A stretch of DNA of 64,000 nucleotides from Dicyema japonicum (taxonomy: Eukaryota; Animalia; Dicyemida), in assembly GCA_011109175.1 (NCBI GenBank), contig RDEW01000040.1:1-64000 (forward strand). Direction: 5' to 3'. This document shows, in pieces, positions 1 through 9,885 of the stretch (its first letter is position 1; every line of letters starts with the position of its first letter). The position numbers and the translations under genes were made by a program. A model generated the notes under the pieces. It did no database searches. It had not been told where the DNA came from and saw only the letters and a program-made list of their open reading frames with translations.

Positions 1-680
1 TCCAAATTGGAAATTATCTGTTTGTGACGGAGTATTTAACTTGTTTATCAAAAACTTCACTTGGATTCTTGTCACTTTGTGAGGAGATTCTGAAGATCAT
101 AAATGATGAATATACTTCTGGTGATTGGTTCTATACTGGGATTACGTACCTTATTCCAAAAGTGGATATATGTGATTCATTCAAGGAGTTAGGGTCAATG
201 CCTAATCTATGTGAACTATTGACAAATTGTGTGAACAAAAAATTATCAGAATATATTGAATCATACGATTTGGTAAGCGAAAACCAACTAGGAACTCGAA
301 TAATGTGCAGGCCATTATCAATCAATACTCAAATCAACGAAATAAAAACAATTTGACTTATACTTGTATCGACGTGAAAAAAGACTTTGACTCCGTCGAT
401 CATCATTGGACCAGGGATTACAGAATTCTGGTCTCCCCTTATGGATTGTTACATTTATTGAGAAAATTGTCACGAAATGAAAATTATGGTAAATTTAAAA
501 AGCAAAATGTTGGGAGAAGTTAAAATAAAAAGAGAATTCTAAAATTTGAACAAGTCGATAAAAACCTTCGCAAATTCATATGGACAGCCACATCCACTGC
601 AACAGGCAAAAAAGAAAAGTCTTGTCAATGCAAAATACCTCCTAAGAAGGAATTCTACATGTCATTAATTTAACGAAAAC
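1..680 (+). mobile_element. Decayed RT fragment of an RLE-type (R4/Dong-like) non-LTR retrotransposon; left copy of the inverted duplication
   Basis: Frameshifted WFYTGITYLIPK, VSENQLGT, CIDVKKDFDSVDH (RT motif); the right copy also retains LNLPINKFGRGL. Confidence 0.7.
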
Positions 681-689
681 ACACTATCG

Positions 690-2300
690 TAGAATTCATT
701 TCCCGAAAGTACAACATTGTAAATGTGAAGGTAAAAATAGCTGCGGCGTTATGTGGTTCACGGCTTCTGTAAGTATTGGTAACGCCCAGAGAGCACATAA
801 TGTTCATCCAAAGAACCATTAAACACTTACCTCCGTGGAAACTGTCTCCCGGCGGCACGCACATTCATCCTCATCTACCCGGAAGGAACCCCTAGCCCAC
901 CACAAGAAACTGAGCACGGTTTATCAACTAAATGTCGATGGAGTAAGGGGCAACTGCGCTCTCTCCTGGCGGAGCTGAAGATGATCGACGTGGCTTTGAA
1001 ACAAGAGACGAAACTGCCTATAAACAGTCCTACCCGGTGTTCCCTGAATACAAGTCAATACGGACTGACCGGATGAGGAAGCGGGGTGGTGGCCTACTCA
1101 TTTTATATCGGAAAGACCTTAAATGTGTGGACATTACTTCAGTGATGAAGAATATTTTGGGAGACGACGATGTTACTAAGTCAATGAAGTCTCACTTGGA
1201 ACAACAAATAGAACCATTACCTTTGTGAACGTCTATATGCCCCCACCTCATTCTTGCCCGAAGCACTACACTATGCCCAATTTATCTACTTTGGCTTTTT
1301 GAACGACGTGATCATTGGCGGGGATATCAATGGCTGGCAAGTCAACCGTCCCACTCAAAATGAAAAGTACTACTTTCGCAGACAGGACCTTTCACGGTCA
1401 TGAATGACCTGTCAAAACATACGATAACCCCCTTTAGGGAGTCAGACCAACTAACATCTACATACATCACGCTTTGTCTCCCGGCCTGGCGGCAATGTCG
1501 ACTTGGTCAGTCACTTACAACTCAAGAAGTGACCATAATGCGATCCTTTTGAAGATCAAGAGAGAATCGTCAACTAAGATGAGGTCTACATAACAATTCA
1601 ACTACAAACTAGCAGACTGGAGACTTTACCGTACACTTACTGACAACCTACTGCAGGACCTGGATGGCATTACTTCCATGGACAAAGTAGTCGCTTATGT
1701 AAACCGCACTATCTTGGATGCGAGATCACTATCTGTACCTAACACCACCTTAAGTACACCAGGGGATATGGCAGGTCGGCATTAACCAAGGAAAAAAACG
1801 AACTCAAAAAGTCTGGCAGATTAACTACTGAGAATAAGTTTAAACTGAAAACTTTGAACAATGAACTAAAAGACAGGGAGGTAAAAGCACAAATACCAAA
1901 ATGGAAGCATGTATTCTCTTCGTTGAATAGAAATAGACCCACTACTGAAATTTGAAAGACCATCCGAGACGACTCAAGAGTGGATGAAAGATCGTCCGAG
2001 GTGGATCAAAGCCCATAGATTTAAACAACTTAATAAATACTATGTGAAAATATCCCATAAGACCATAAGATGTCGGATGTATCCCTGAAATATCTCAGTA
2101 AACCGAAAAAGTAACCGGATACGATTCACTTCACGGAAAACGACGTGAGATATGTATTGAAAGCCATTAAAACAACCTATTCTAACAGAACGGATAAGAT
2201 CTCAATCATCCTCCTTAAGTGGAGATGGCAAAAAGCCATAAGGAATGATGCTTTTCCCATATTCACACGGAAAATCATTTGTCTGGGATGTAACCTGTGT
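690..2300 (+). mobile_element. APE-type LINE (Jockey/I-like), 5' part, decayed
   Basis: VYQLNVDG, ALKQETKL, PEYKSIRTDRMRKRGGGLLIL, IIGGDING, RSDHNAILLKIK; multiple frameshifts. Confidence 0.75.
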
Positions 2301-2399
2301 GGATACCTTCTCCGCTTCACTCCTTCCAAGAAACCTGGATATCAAGCCAACACAGCGGAATCAGCCAAGATCCAGAAGCACTCGGCGATTGGACCGATT

Positions 2400-2940
2400 C
2401 ACACCAGTAGCCATAGAAACGTAGGGAGCTTGTAGGATCCCTCACTGAGGCTTTGTTGAAAGAGATTGGAAGGAAACTAGAGAGCCGAAAAAACCCCCAC
2501 GAATCGTTCCGGCTAAGGCAACGAGTCGGGATTGCAATATTACGCAATTCTATCTGCAAATGCGTAATTATTTAAATTTTTTAAACACCGATGCCGATGC
2601 GGGAAAACAGTCGATGCGAAGGGTTTGCACCCGCTGTCCTGCAGAAGAAGCGCCGGAAGAGGATCACGTCACGCTGGTCTGAACGATGTGATCGTCAAAG
2701 CTCTGAAGGCTACTGGCTTCCCAGCAAAGCTTAAACCAGTGGGTCTCGATCGAGGAGATGGAAAGAAACCTGACGGGATGACCCTTTTCACTTTCACATC
2801 CGGATGATCTTTGGTCTGGGACGCAACTTGTGTTGACATATTCTCAAGCACGAATCTTTTCAAATCAGTTCAGACACCTGGAGCAGCTACTTCGACCGCG
2901 GAAAATTCAAAAATTAAAAATATTCCTGCCTCGAGGACCG
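2400..2940 (+). mobile_element. CRE/SLACS-clade non-LTR fragments (zinc knuckle plus restriction-like endonuclease); a C-terminal piece precedes an earlier piece
   Basis: RLRQRVGIAILRNS (about 2510-2560), then [46 protein letters not shown]. Confidence 0.75.
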
Positions 2941-2942
2941 CT

Positions 2943-3138
2943 ACCGATTACTATTTTTATATTCGGAATTTTCTCAGGATTTGAAAAATCTTATACTCAA
3001 TGTGTCACTGTGGGAGCACTGTTACACTATGGAATACTAACTCAGTTTTTCTGGATGCTTTCCCAGACTATTATTCATTATATAACATTCATCAAAGTTA
3101 TTGGCATGAACATGGATAATCTGATTTTAAAGATTCTT
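2943..3138 (+). pseudogene. Fragment of an adhesion/secretin-family GPCR 7TM region (about TM2-TM4) wedged between transposon remnants
   Basis: CVTVGALLHYGILTQFFWMLSQTIIHYITFIKV matches the family-B C..V..LLHY.....F.WM motif; no flanking exons recognised. Confidence 0.55.
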
Positions 3139-3915
3139 CTAATTAACTGTAGTTAAGTTTTTGTTAATTTTTAGGAATCTGCTTCCTATCATTTCATAAA
3201 GAACATTCTTATAACATGATTTGAATGAGTTTATGATCCCCATATCTAAAGGTTGAAGAAGTGCTGTTATGTTTTTAGGAAGTTTAAGAAATGATAAGTT
3301 TGAATATTCCTGACATTTGTGACAACGTACATTATCCATAATAATCAAAATTTTCCTGTTTTTTTGAACCATTTCGAAGTTTATTCTTTGTAGCCATGTA
3401 TCAAAAATATCCATCGTCATCCATGCATTTTTGAAGCTGTATATTAACCCAACACAATATACCCCATAATCTTCTGTATTTATGTTTTTTAAGTATCTTG
3501 GGGATTTCAATTTCCCGATAACAAGAGGTTTTAATTTTTCGCCTTCACGGCTGCAGCATAAAAGAACTGAAACTCGTTCTTTACTTTTCATTTTACCAAA
3601 ACAATCATCATTTGAATAGACAAATGATCTACATGAATTTTTTAATAAAAAGAGAAGTTTCATCGCAGTTAAAATATCTTTTTTATCGTATTCTTCAAAT
3701 AAACTGTCGTAATTGTTAAAAAAAACTCTTTAAGTTTTTTTTTGTCTGATGAGTTTTTTTCACCCGAAATTACTTTGAATAATAAATTCGCTTTTTAAAT
3801 CGATCAAGCCATCCATTTGATGCATTGAAATCATTAAACTGAAATTTGGCAGCAATCTTTTTTGCAATATTTTTGAGGAGACATCCAGATACTGAAATCC
3901 CATCCTTTTTCTAAA
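3139..3915 (-). mobile_element. Tigger/pogo (CENP-B-like DDE) transposase, decayed
   Basis: FNASNGWLDRFKKR, KERVSVLLCC..GEKLKPLVIGK, NAWMT, LIIMDN..CH, LPKNITALLQPLDMGIINSFK. Confidence 0.9.
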
Positions 3916-5718
3916 AAGAGGAGGAGAAAGAGAGCATTACAGTCGCTCATATGTACACGGAAGTTACACGTTAGCCGTGACACTAACCTGTTTATCTTCA
4001 AGGAAGTTATTCTCCTAACCTTCTTTATGGGTTCGAGGGGTGGTTCTTCTGTCCGAAGAGGGACAAGATCATATACCTCCTAGAGAAGACTAGAAGTGCT
4101 GCAATTAAGCACTTCTTAAAAAAGAAACTGAGATACTGTCTAAACGAGGACAAAAACAAGCTCCTGGAACCGATTAGCAAGATTGTGGAAGATCGGATCA
4201 ATAGTTTCAGGATGAGATCAAAGGTCCAGGACACATAATAAAGCTGGGAGAAACGTTCAAAAAGATAAATAATAAAAAGGAGGGAGGGTCCGTGTGGATT
4301 CCAAGCCGTATGGTAGGACTCAGATGTAATACCCTCCAGAAATCTCCTTAACTCTTTTGTCAATTAATCGTTGTTGTTGTTGTTATTGCAATAAATTTTT
4401 GAACTTTTGTCTTTGTTAGGTTTTCAATCCTTTTGATGATGTGCAGTTGTTCAATATTTGAGGTTTTCATGGATATATTGTGATTCCTTTGGTTTCATTA
4501 AGACTCCTGTAACCTCATGTTTTGGACTCATAAGTTTGACTTATCAGCCCGGAAACGAAATGGCCCCGGGTTCTCATACTAATCGACAATTATTATTATT
4601 TTACTAATGAATTAATTCTTTTTTCATATATTTCCGCTGTTTTTACAAAATTGAAATTATATCTTACTTTTGATAACCTAATTTATTAATGAAAAAGAAT
4701 TCTTAGAAGGAATTTTGTTTAAACTGTCAATAAATACAGCTTTGTGTTTTCACCACTTCAGACATACGCACGCAACAAGCTTTTGATAAAAAGAAAATGA
4801 ACAACTTTATATGATTCACCAATTTACAGTTCAACTTTAAATGAATCACCAACTTACAGTTTATGGAGGTGATAAAAAATGGAGAGGTCGAATTATCAAC
4901 TCCAATAAAAATGGTAATCAACTCATAAATCTTTTCATAGGTTTTTAAAAATGAACACAGAATTGGATTTTATGAATATTTTGGAAAATGGATGCATATA
5001 ATATAAGTCGCCTATTGGAAAATATTACATGTCTAATTTGCTAATGAAATAATTATTGGTTTTAAAATTTTTTTATGAATAATTAGAAACAACTATTCTC
5101 GCCACTGGTATCTTGGCAAAATATGAATTCACTTGGACACGATCTGGTTCTGAGAATATTAACGTTAGTATACCTGGCGCTTTGCTCGACAAGACATCTT
5201 GGTTTAAAATTTCTACCGGACGAAATTTCAAAGAGCAAAACAGCAATATAAATGAAAACATTTTCTATGATCTCATTTTCTCGAAATTTATATAGATAAC
5301 GAAAGAATTTAAGAAATTGTTAATGAATATGTTCTATAAATGATTAATTGCAAAAATAAAATTTTACCTATCATTCTATTACTTCTTAGTGACGATAATA
5401 TAAGTTCTCTAAATTTGAGTTAAACAGGATTAATTTCGTGGCCACCTCAACCCTGAGACTGATTAGCCACTAGAGTAACTAGTTAATCAATTCATTTTTC
5501 TTATAAATTTATTATTTTTTAAGATTGATTGATAATTTTGTGGTAAATTATAAAACACAATCAGAAATGTCACATATTGGTTGAGTTTCAGCATCATATT
5601 ACCAAACCAAATAGTTAAATATCCAATTTGAATAATCCTCTATTATTTCTTAAGAAGGTCAGTTGATATAAGCAACATACACCATAAAAATCAATCTCAA
5701 GTCACAAATTAGTTGGGT

Positions 5719-6735
5719 TTTTGTTGAGTACACTTTATTTGTGACCAAAACTCACTTTCTTGCAAAAATATGATTTTTTAATAAGATTGATTTCAAATTG
5801 TGAACATTGACATATATATATTTGTGAACAAAAATACTTTAAAATTGGCAAGAATTTTTTAGAGTTATTAGTTTTATGATTGAAGATCCTAATATTTTGT
5901 AAAAATAGACATAGACTTCGGAGTGTTGTATTGTGTGTATTCGAATTCATTCACGTTTGTTGCGAAGGAGAATGGATTAGTGTTGGAATTCTATACTCCA
6001 AGATTTTGAGACTTTTTTACAGATATCTCTGAGTTTTACAGCAAGAATCCCATATATTTCATAATTGGCAATATTAAATCATACTCCGAGGGGACTCGTT
6101 CGCAATCCACGCATCAGGTATCCTCAACTGACATTTGTTTAATTGTTAAAAAATTATTTTGTTTAAAAAAATAGTTGGTATCTTCGTTTTTTTCAAAAGT
6201 GATATGATTCTATTCCTGTTCGTTGAGAAAAACGTTACGGTTTTAGTACTCGAAGCTATTTTTCATTTTTTTGAATATGTAGTTAACTATCTGGCACTTA
6301 TAACACATGGCCATAATCTTCTTAAATTGTATTCCGTTCACTTCCGCCTTCGAACTGATTGGCAGCTTGCAAACAGAAAGAACACGAAACACTATTAAAG
6401 GAAACACTCGTATTAAGTTAAGGGGAAGTAATACGAAACGACAATGCTTTTTAACCGACTTCCACCAGGAAAATCTAACCCAAGAAGTTGCTTAACTGCA
6501 GGTGAATCGATTATGAGGATTTGTTCCAAAGCAAGCACATGAGCTTTCCCATTTCTATTGAAATGATCAATAGAGATATTTCAAACTTTAGTAGTCGTTT
6601 TTATTGAGTACACTTTATTTTGTGACCAAAACTCACTTTCTTGCAAAAAATATGATTATTTGATAAGATTGATGTCAAATTGTGAACATTGACATATATA
6701 TTTTTTGTGAACAAAAATTCTTAAAAATTGGCAAG
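5719..6735. repeat. About 135-bp direct repeat pair (5719-5852 and 6599-6735)
   Basis: Both copies read TTGAGTACACTTTATTT..GTGACCAAAACTCACTTTCTTGCAAAAA..ATAAGATTGAT..CAAATTGTGAACATTGACATATATA..AAAATTGGCAAG. Confidence 0.92.
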
Positions 6736-7075
6736 TAAGTACTTTTTTGAGAAATCCTCCTTCATTATCTTTCTTAATAAAAGCCGGGATTTCAGGAAGA
6801 AACTAACGTCCGTTTACTTTGCCGATAGTTTCCCCGATTTTAACAACTTTGATACTAAGACTAAGTTATCGATGGAAAGGAGAATTGAGAGATACGTCGA
6901 AGCCCGTCTGATTCAGTCATTTTTGAAATTTCAGGTTCATTTTATGTATATATGCGATGTTGTTGGATCGTTTTCTACCAAACATTTCCATAAATCAGTA
7001 AAGCTGTTGATTTTGAAATACAATCTGAACATGTACTACATTCTGTAAGTCGCGATGCTCTAATAACTCTAATTT

Positions 7076-7345
7076 TTACAAATTTAATAGAATTACTTTC
7101 TTGTGATATAATGAAAGTGTAGTGAATCTTTCTGTCACCCGTTCTTGGACAAGGTCGCTTGAGTTTATTGAGATTTGCATATTTTTTGACATTTGATGGG
7201 CAAAGTAAAGGGATATGACAGACTCTGCCTTTCTATCCAATATCGAAAGATCTCTTAGAAGAGAATTGAACCTCGCGAAATACTTTGATTGAGACAGAGG
7301 CTCGTAATGGAGGTGATCAGAGGAAACACTCACAAAATCTGGCAT
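7076..7345 (-). CDS. Unidentified ORF, possibly the first exon of an orphan gene
   Basis: 89-codon ATG-led ORF in AT-rich context with a GTAATT donor-like site near its end; no homology recognised; downstream exons unresolved. Confidence 0.3.
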   Translation of the reverse strand: MPDFVSVSSDHLHYEPLSQSKYFARFNSLLRDLSILDRKAESVISLYFAHQMSKNMQISINSSDLVQERVTERFTTLSLYHKKVILLNL

Positions 7346-7739
7346 TTTAGTAAAATGACTATAGTTGTTTTTTATTTAAAATTAAATTTTGAAGCCAAAA
7401 ACGAACTCGACTTTTAATGAAGCGCGATCGTTCTCGTTTTCTCACTAAACACTGTTCATAAATTCCGCATGTTTTATAAGATTTTTAGTCTTTAGTTTAG
7501 AATTCAAGGGTTTCAAGACCCAATCTCTGGTTTTAAAAGACGCTCCCATATTTTAGTTCCTTCTTCGCTTTTTAACCATCTTTGAGAGCCATTATTCAGG
7601 ATTGGCTCCTTTTTTGCTTTATCTTGAATGTTTAAGGATTCACATGAAAGCGAATAAGAAACAGTATTGAACACAATTTATTGAGATTTTAGTCAATGAT
7701 TTAAATCGTGATGAACCTTGATGACTAAAGGACAGATTA

Positions 7740-7872
7740 ATTTTCTCGCGTCTTGCCAAACTTTCTGTGTGTTCTAAACACGGGATTATACTGTTGGATC
7801 TCTGGGAACGCCCGTCATTGTTACTTGCGTTTTGTTAGTCATCGGTTTCCTTCACTTCACTTGAATGTAATG
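7740..7872 (-). repeat. Unclassified dispersed repeat, related copy at about 58930-59050
   Basis: CTGTTGGATCTCTGGGAACGCCCG..CGTTTTGTTAGTCATCGGTTT..TTCACT..GTAAATAAATA vs CTGTCGGATCTCTGGGAGCGTCCG..CGTTCTTGTTAGCCATCGGTTT..TTCACT..GTAAATAAATA. Confidence 0.65.
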
Positions 7873-7884
7873 TAAATAAATAGC

Positions 7885-7990
7885 AAACAGCGCAGTGTAA
7901 TAAGTTCAGAGTCCGAGTTCGAATCTCAGTGCTTTCTATTCCGGTTGTAGGTTCAACGTATCTACAATACTTCTGGATAGAAGAGCGACG
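7885..7990 (+). mobile_element. 3'-truncated SINE head (same family as 20755 and 47795 copies)
   Basis: 7915-7989 aligns gap-free with 20766-20840 at 59/75 identities (manual count); B-box GAGTTCGAATCTC. Confidence 0.8.
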
Positions 7991-8025
7991 TTAGGGTTAG
8001 GGTTAGGGTTAGGGTTAGGGTTAGG
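7991..8025 (+). repeat. Interstitial telomeric tract (TTAGGG)5TTAGG
   Basis: Perfect ancestral metazoan telomere repeat; the only such tract in the window. Confidence 0.97.
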
Positions 8026-8057
8026 ACGGGCGGGCGTAACAAGTAACAATGACGGGC
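8026..8057. other. Templated junction filler (inverted copies of 7808-7827)
   Basis: 8040-8057 CAAGTAACAATGACGGGC is the exact reverse complement of 7810-7827; ACGGGC and GGGCGT are further pieces of the same template. Confidence 0.85.
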
Positions 8058-9779
8058 ACGGTAAAGTCTCCAGTCTGCTCGTTTGTAGTTGAATTGTTAT
8101 GGGACCTCCTCCTAGTTGACGTTTCTCTCTTGATCTTCAAAAGGATCGCATTATGGTCACTTCTTGAGTTGTAAGTGACTGACCAAGTCGACATTGCAGC
8201 CAGGCCGGGAGAACAAAGCGTGATGTATGTAGAAGTTAGTTGGTCTGACTCCCTAAAGGGGTTATCGTATGTTTTGACAGGTCATTCATGACCGTGAAAA
8301 GTCCTGTCTGCGAAAGTAGTACTTTTCATCTTGAGTGGGACGGTTGACTTGCCAGCCATTGATATCCCCGCCAATGATCACGTCGTTCAAAAAAGCCAAA
8401 GTAGATAAATTGGGCATAGTGTAGTGCTTCGGGCAAGAACGAGGTGGGGGCACATAGACGTTCACAAAGGTAATTGGTTCTATTTGTTGTTCCAAGTGAG
8501 ACTTCATTGACTTTAGTAACATCGTCGTCTCCCAAAATATTCTTCATCACTGAAGTAATGTCCACACATTTAAGGTCTTTCCGATATAAAATGAGTAGGC
8601 CACCACCCCGCTTCCTCATCCGGTCAGTCCGTATTGACTTGTATTCAGGGAACACCGGGGTAGGACTGTTTATAGGCAGCTTCGTCTCTTGTTTCAAAGC
8701 CACGTCGATCTTCAGCTCCGCCAGGAGAGAGCGCAGTTGCCCCTTACTCCATCGACATTTAGTTGATAAACCGTGCTCAGTTTCTTGTGGTGGGCTAGGG
8801 GTTCCTTCCGGGTAGATGAGGATGAATGTGCGTGCCGCCGGGGAGACAGTTTCCACGGAGGTAAGTGTTTAATGGTTCTTTGGATGAACATTATGTGCTC
8901 TCTGGGCGTTACCAATAGTTACAGAAGCCGTGAACCACATAACGCCGCAGCTATTTTTACCTTCACATTTACAATGTTGTACTTTCGGGAAATGAATTCT
9001 ACGATAGTGTGTTTTCGTTAAATTAATGACATGTAGAATTCCTTCTTAGGAGGTATTTTGCATTGTTCCAAGTCACCATAAAATTGGAGGAGCATTCGTT
9101 CTGCTTTATTACTGACGGACTCGAGGCCTCTTCCAAATTTATTTATTGGTAGATTAAGACTTTCTTTTTTGCCGGTTGCAGTGGATGTGGCTGTCCACAT
9201 GAATTTGCGAATGTTTTTATCGACCTGTTCAAATTTTAGAATTCTCTTTTTATTTTAACTTCTCCCAACATTTTGCTTTTTAAATTTAACCATAATTTCC
9301 ATTTCGTGACAATTTTCTCAATAAATGTGACAATCCATCAGGGGAGACCAGAATTCTGTAATCCCTGGTCCAATGATGATCGACGGAGTCAAAGTCTTTT
9401 TTCACGTCGATACAAGTATAAGTCAAATTGTTTCCATTTCGTTGATTTGAGTATTGATTGATAATGGCCTGCACATTATTCGAGTTCCTAGTTGGTTTTC
9501 GCTTACCAAATCGTATGATTCAATATATTCTGATAATTTTTTGTTCACACAATTTGTCAATAGTTCACATAGATTAGGCATTGACCCTAACTCCTTGAAT
9601 GAATCACATATATCCACTTTTGGAATAAGGTACGTAATCCCAGTATAGAACCAATAACCAGAAGTATATTCATCATTTATGATCTTCAGAATTTCCTCAC
9701 AAAGTGACAAGAATCCAAGTGGAAGTTTTTGATAAACAAGTTAAATACTCCGTCACAAACAGATAATTTCCAATTTGGA
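8058..9779 (-). repeat. Inverted duplicate of 1-1633 (chimeric R4-like RT plus APE-LINE)
   Basis: Position 1 pairs with 9779 and 1633 with 8058; near-identical with scattered substitutions and small indels; about 90 bp (9066-9155) missing from the left copy. Confidence 0.97.
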
Positions 9780-9885
9780 AGGATCTGTATAAGTGATTGC
9801 ATTATTTCCAATTTGGAAGGATCTGAGAATTTATATTAGTATATGACAATACAATTTTAGTTGGAAATTCATTTAAATTATTTTT

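Noticed and set aside
3709-3775. Hammerhead-like core (CTGATGA..CGAAA) with possible stems I and III
   Set aside because: Lies antisense within Tigger transposase coding sequence; stem II is one pair, stem I is poly-A/poly-T and the cleavage triplet is AUU; likely chance.
6407-6434. U12-type micro-intron (minus strand, CCCCTTAAC branch-like motif 12 nt before AG)
   Set aside because: Donor GTATTACTT departs from RTATCCTT at key positions and the host ORF is unverified.
7810-8057. 18-bp inverted repeats flanking the telomeric tract as TIRs of a telomere-bearing MITE
   Set aside because: The left repeat is an internal part of a dispersed repeat also at 58930-59050, and the left and right flanks are not contiguous host sequence; templated filler fits better.
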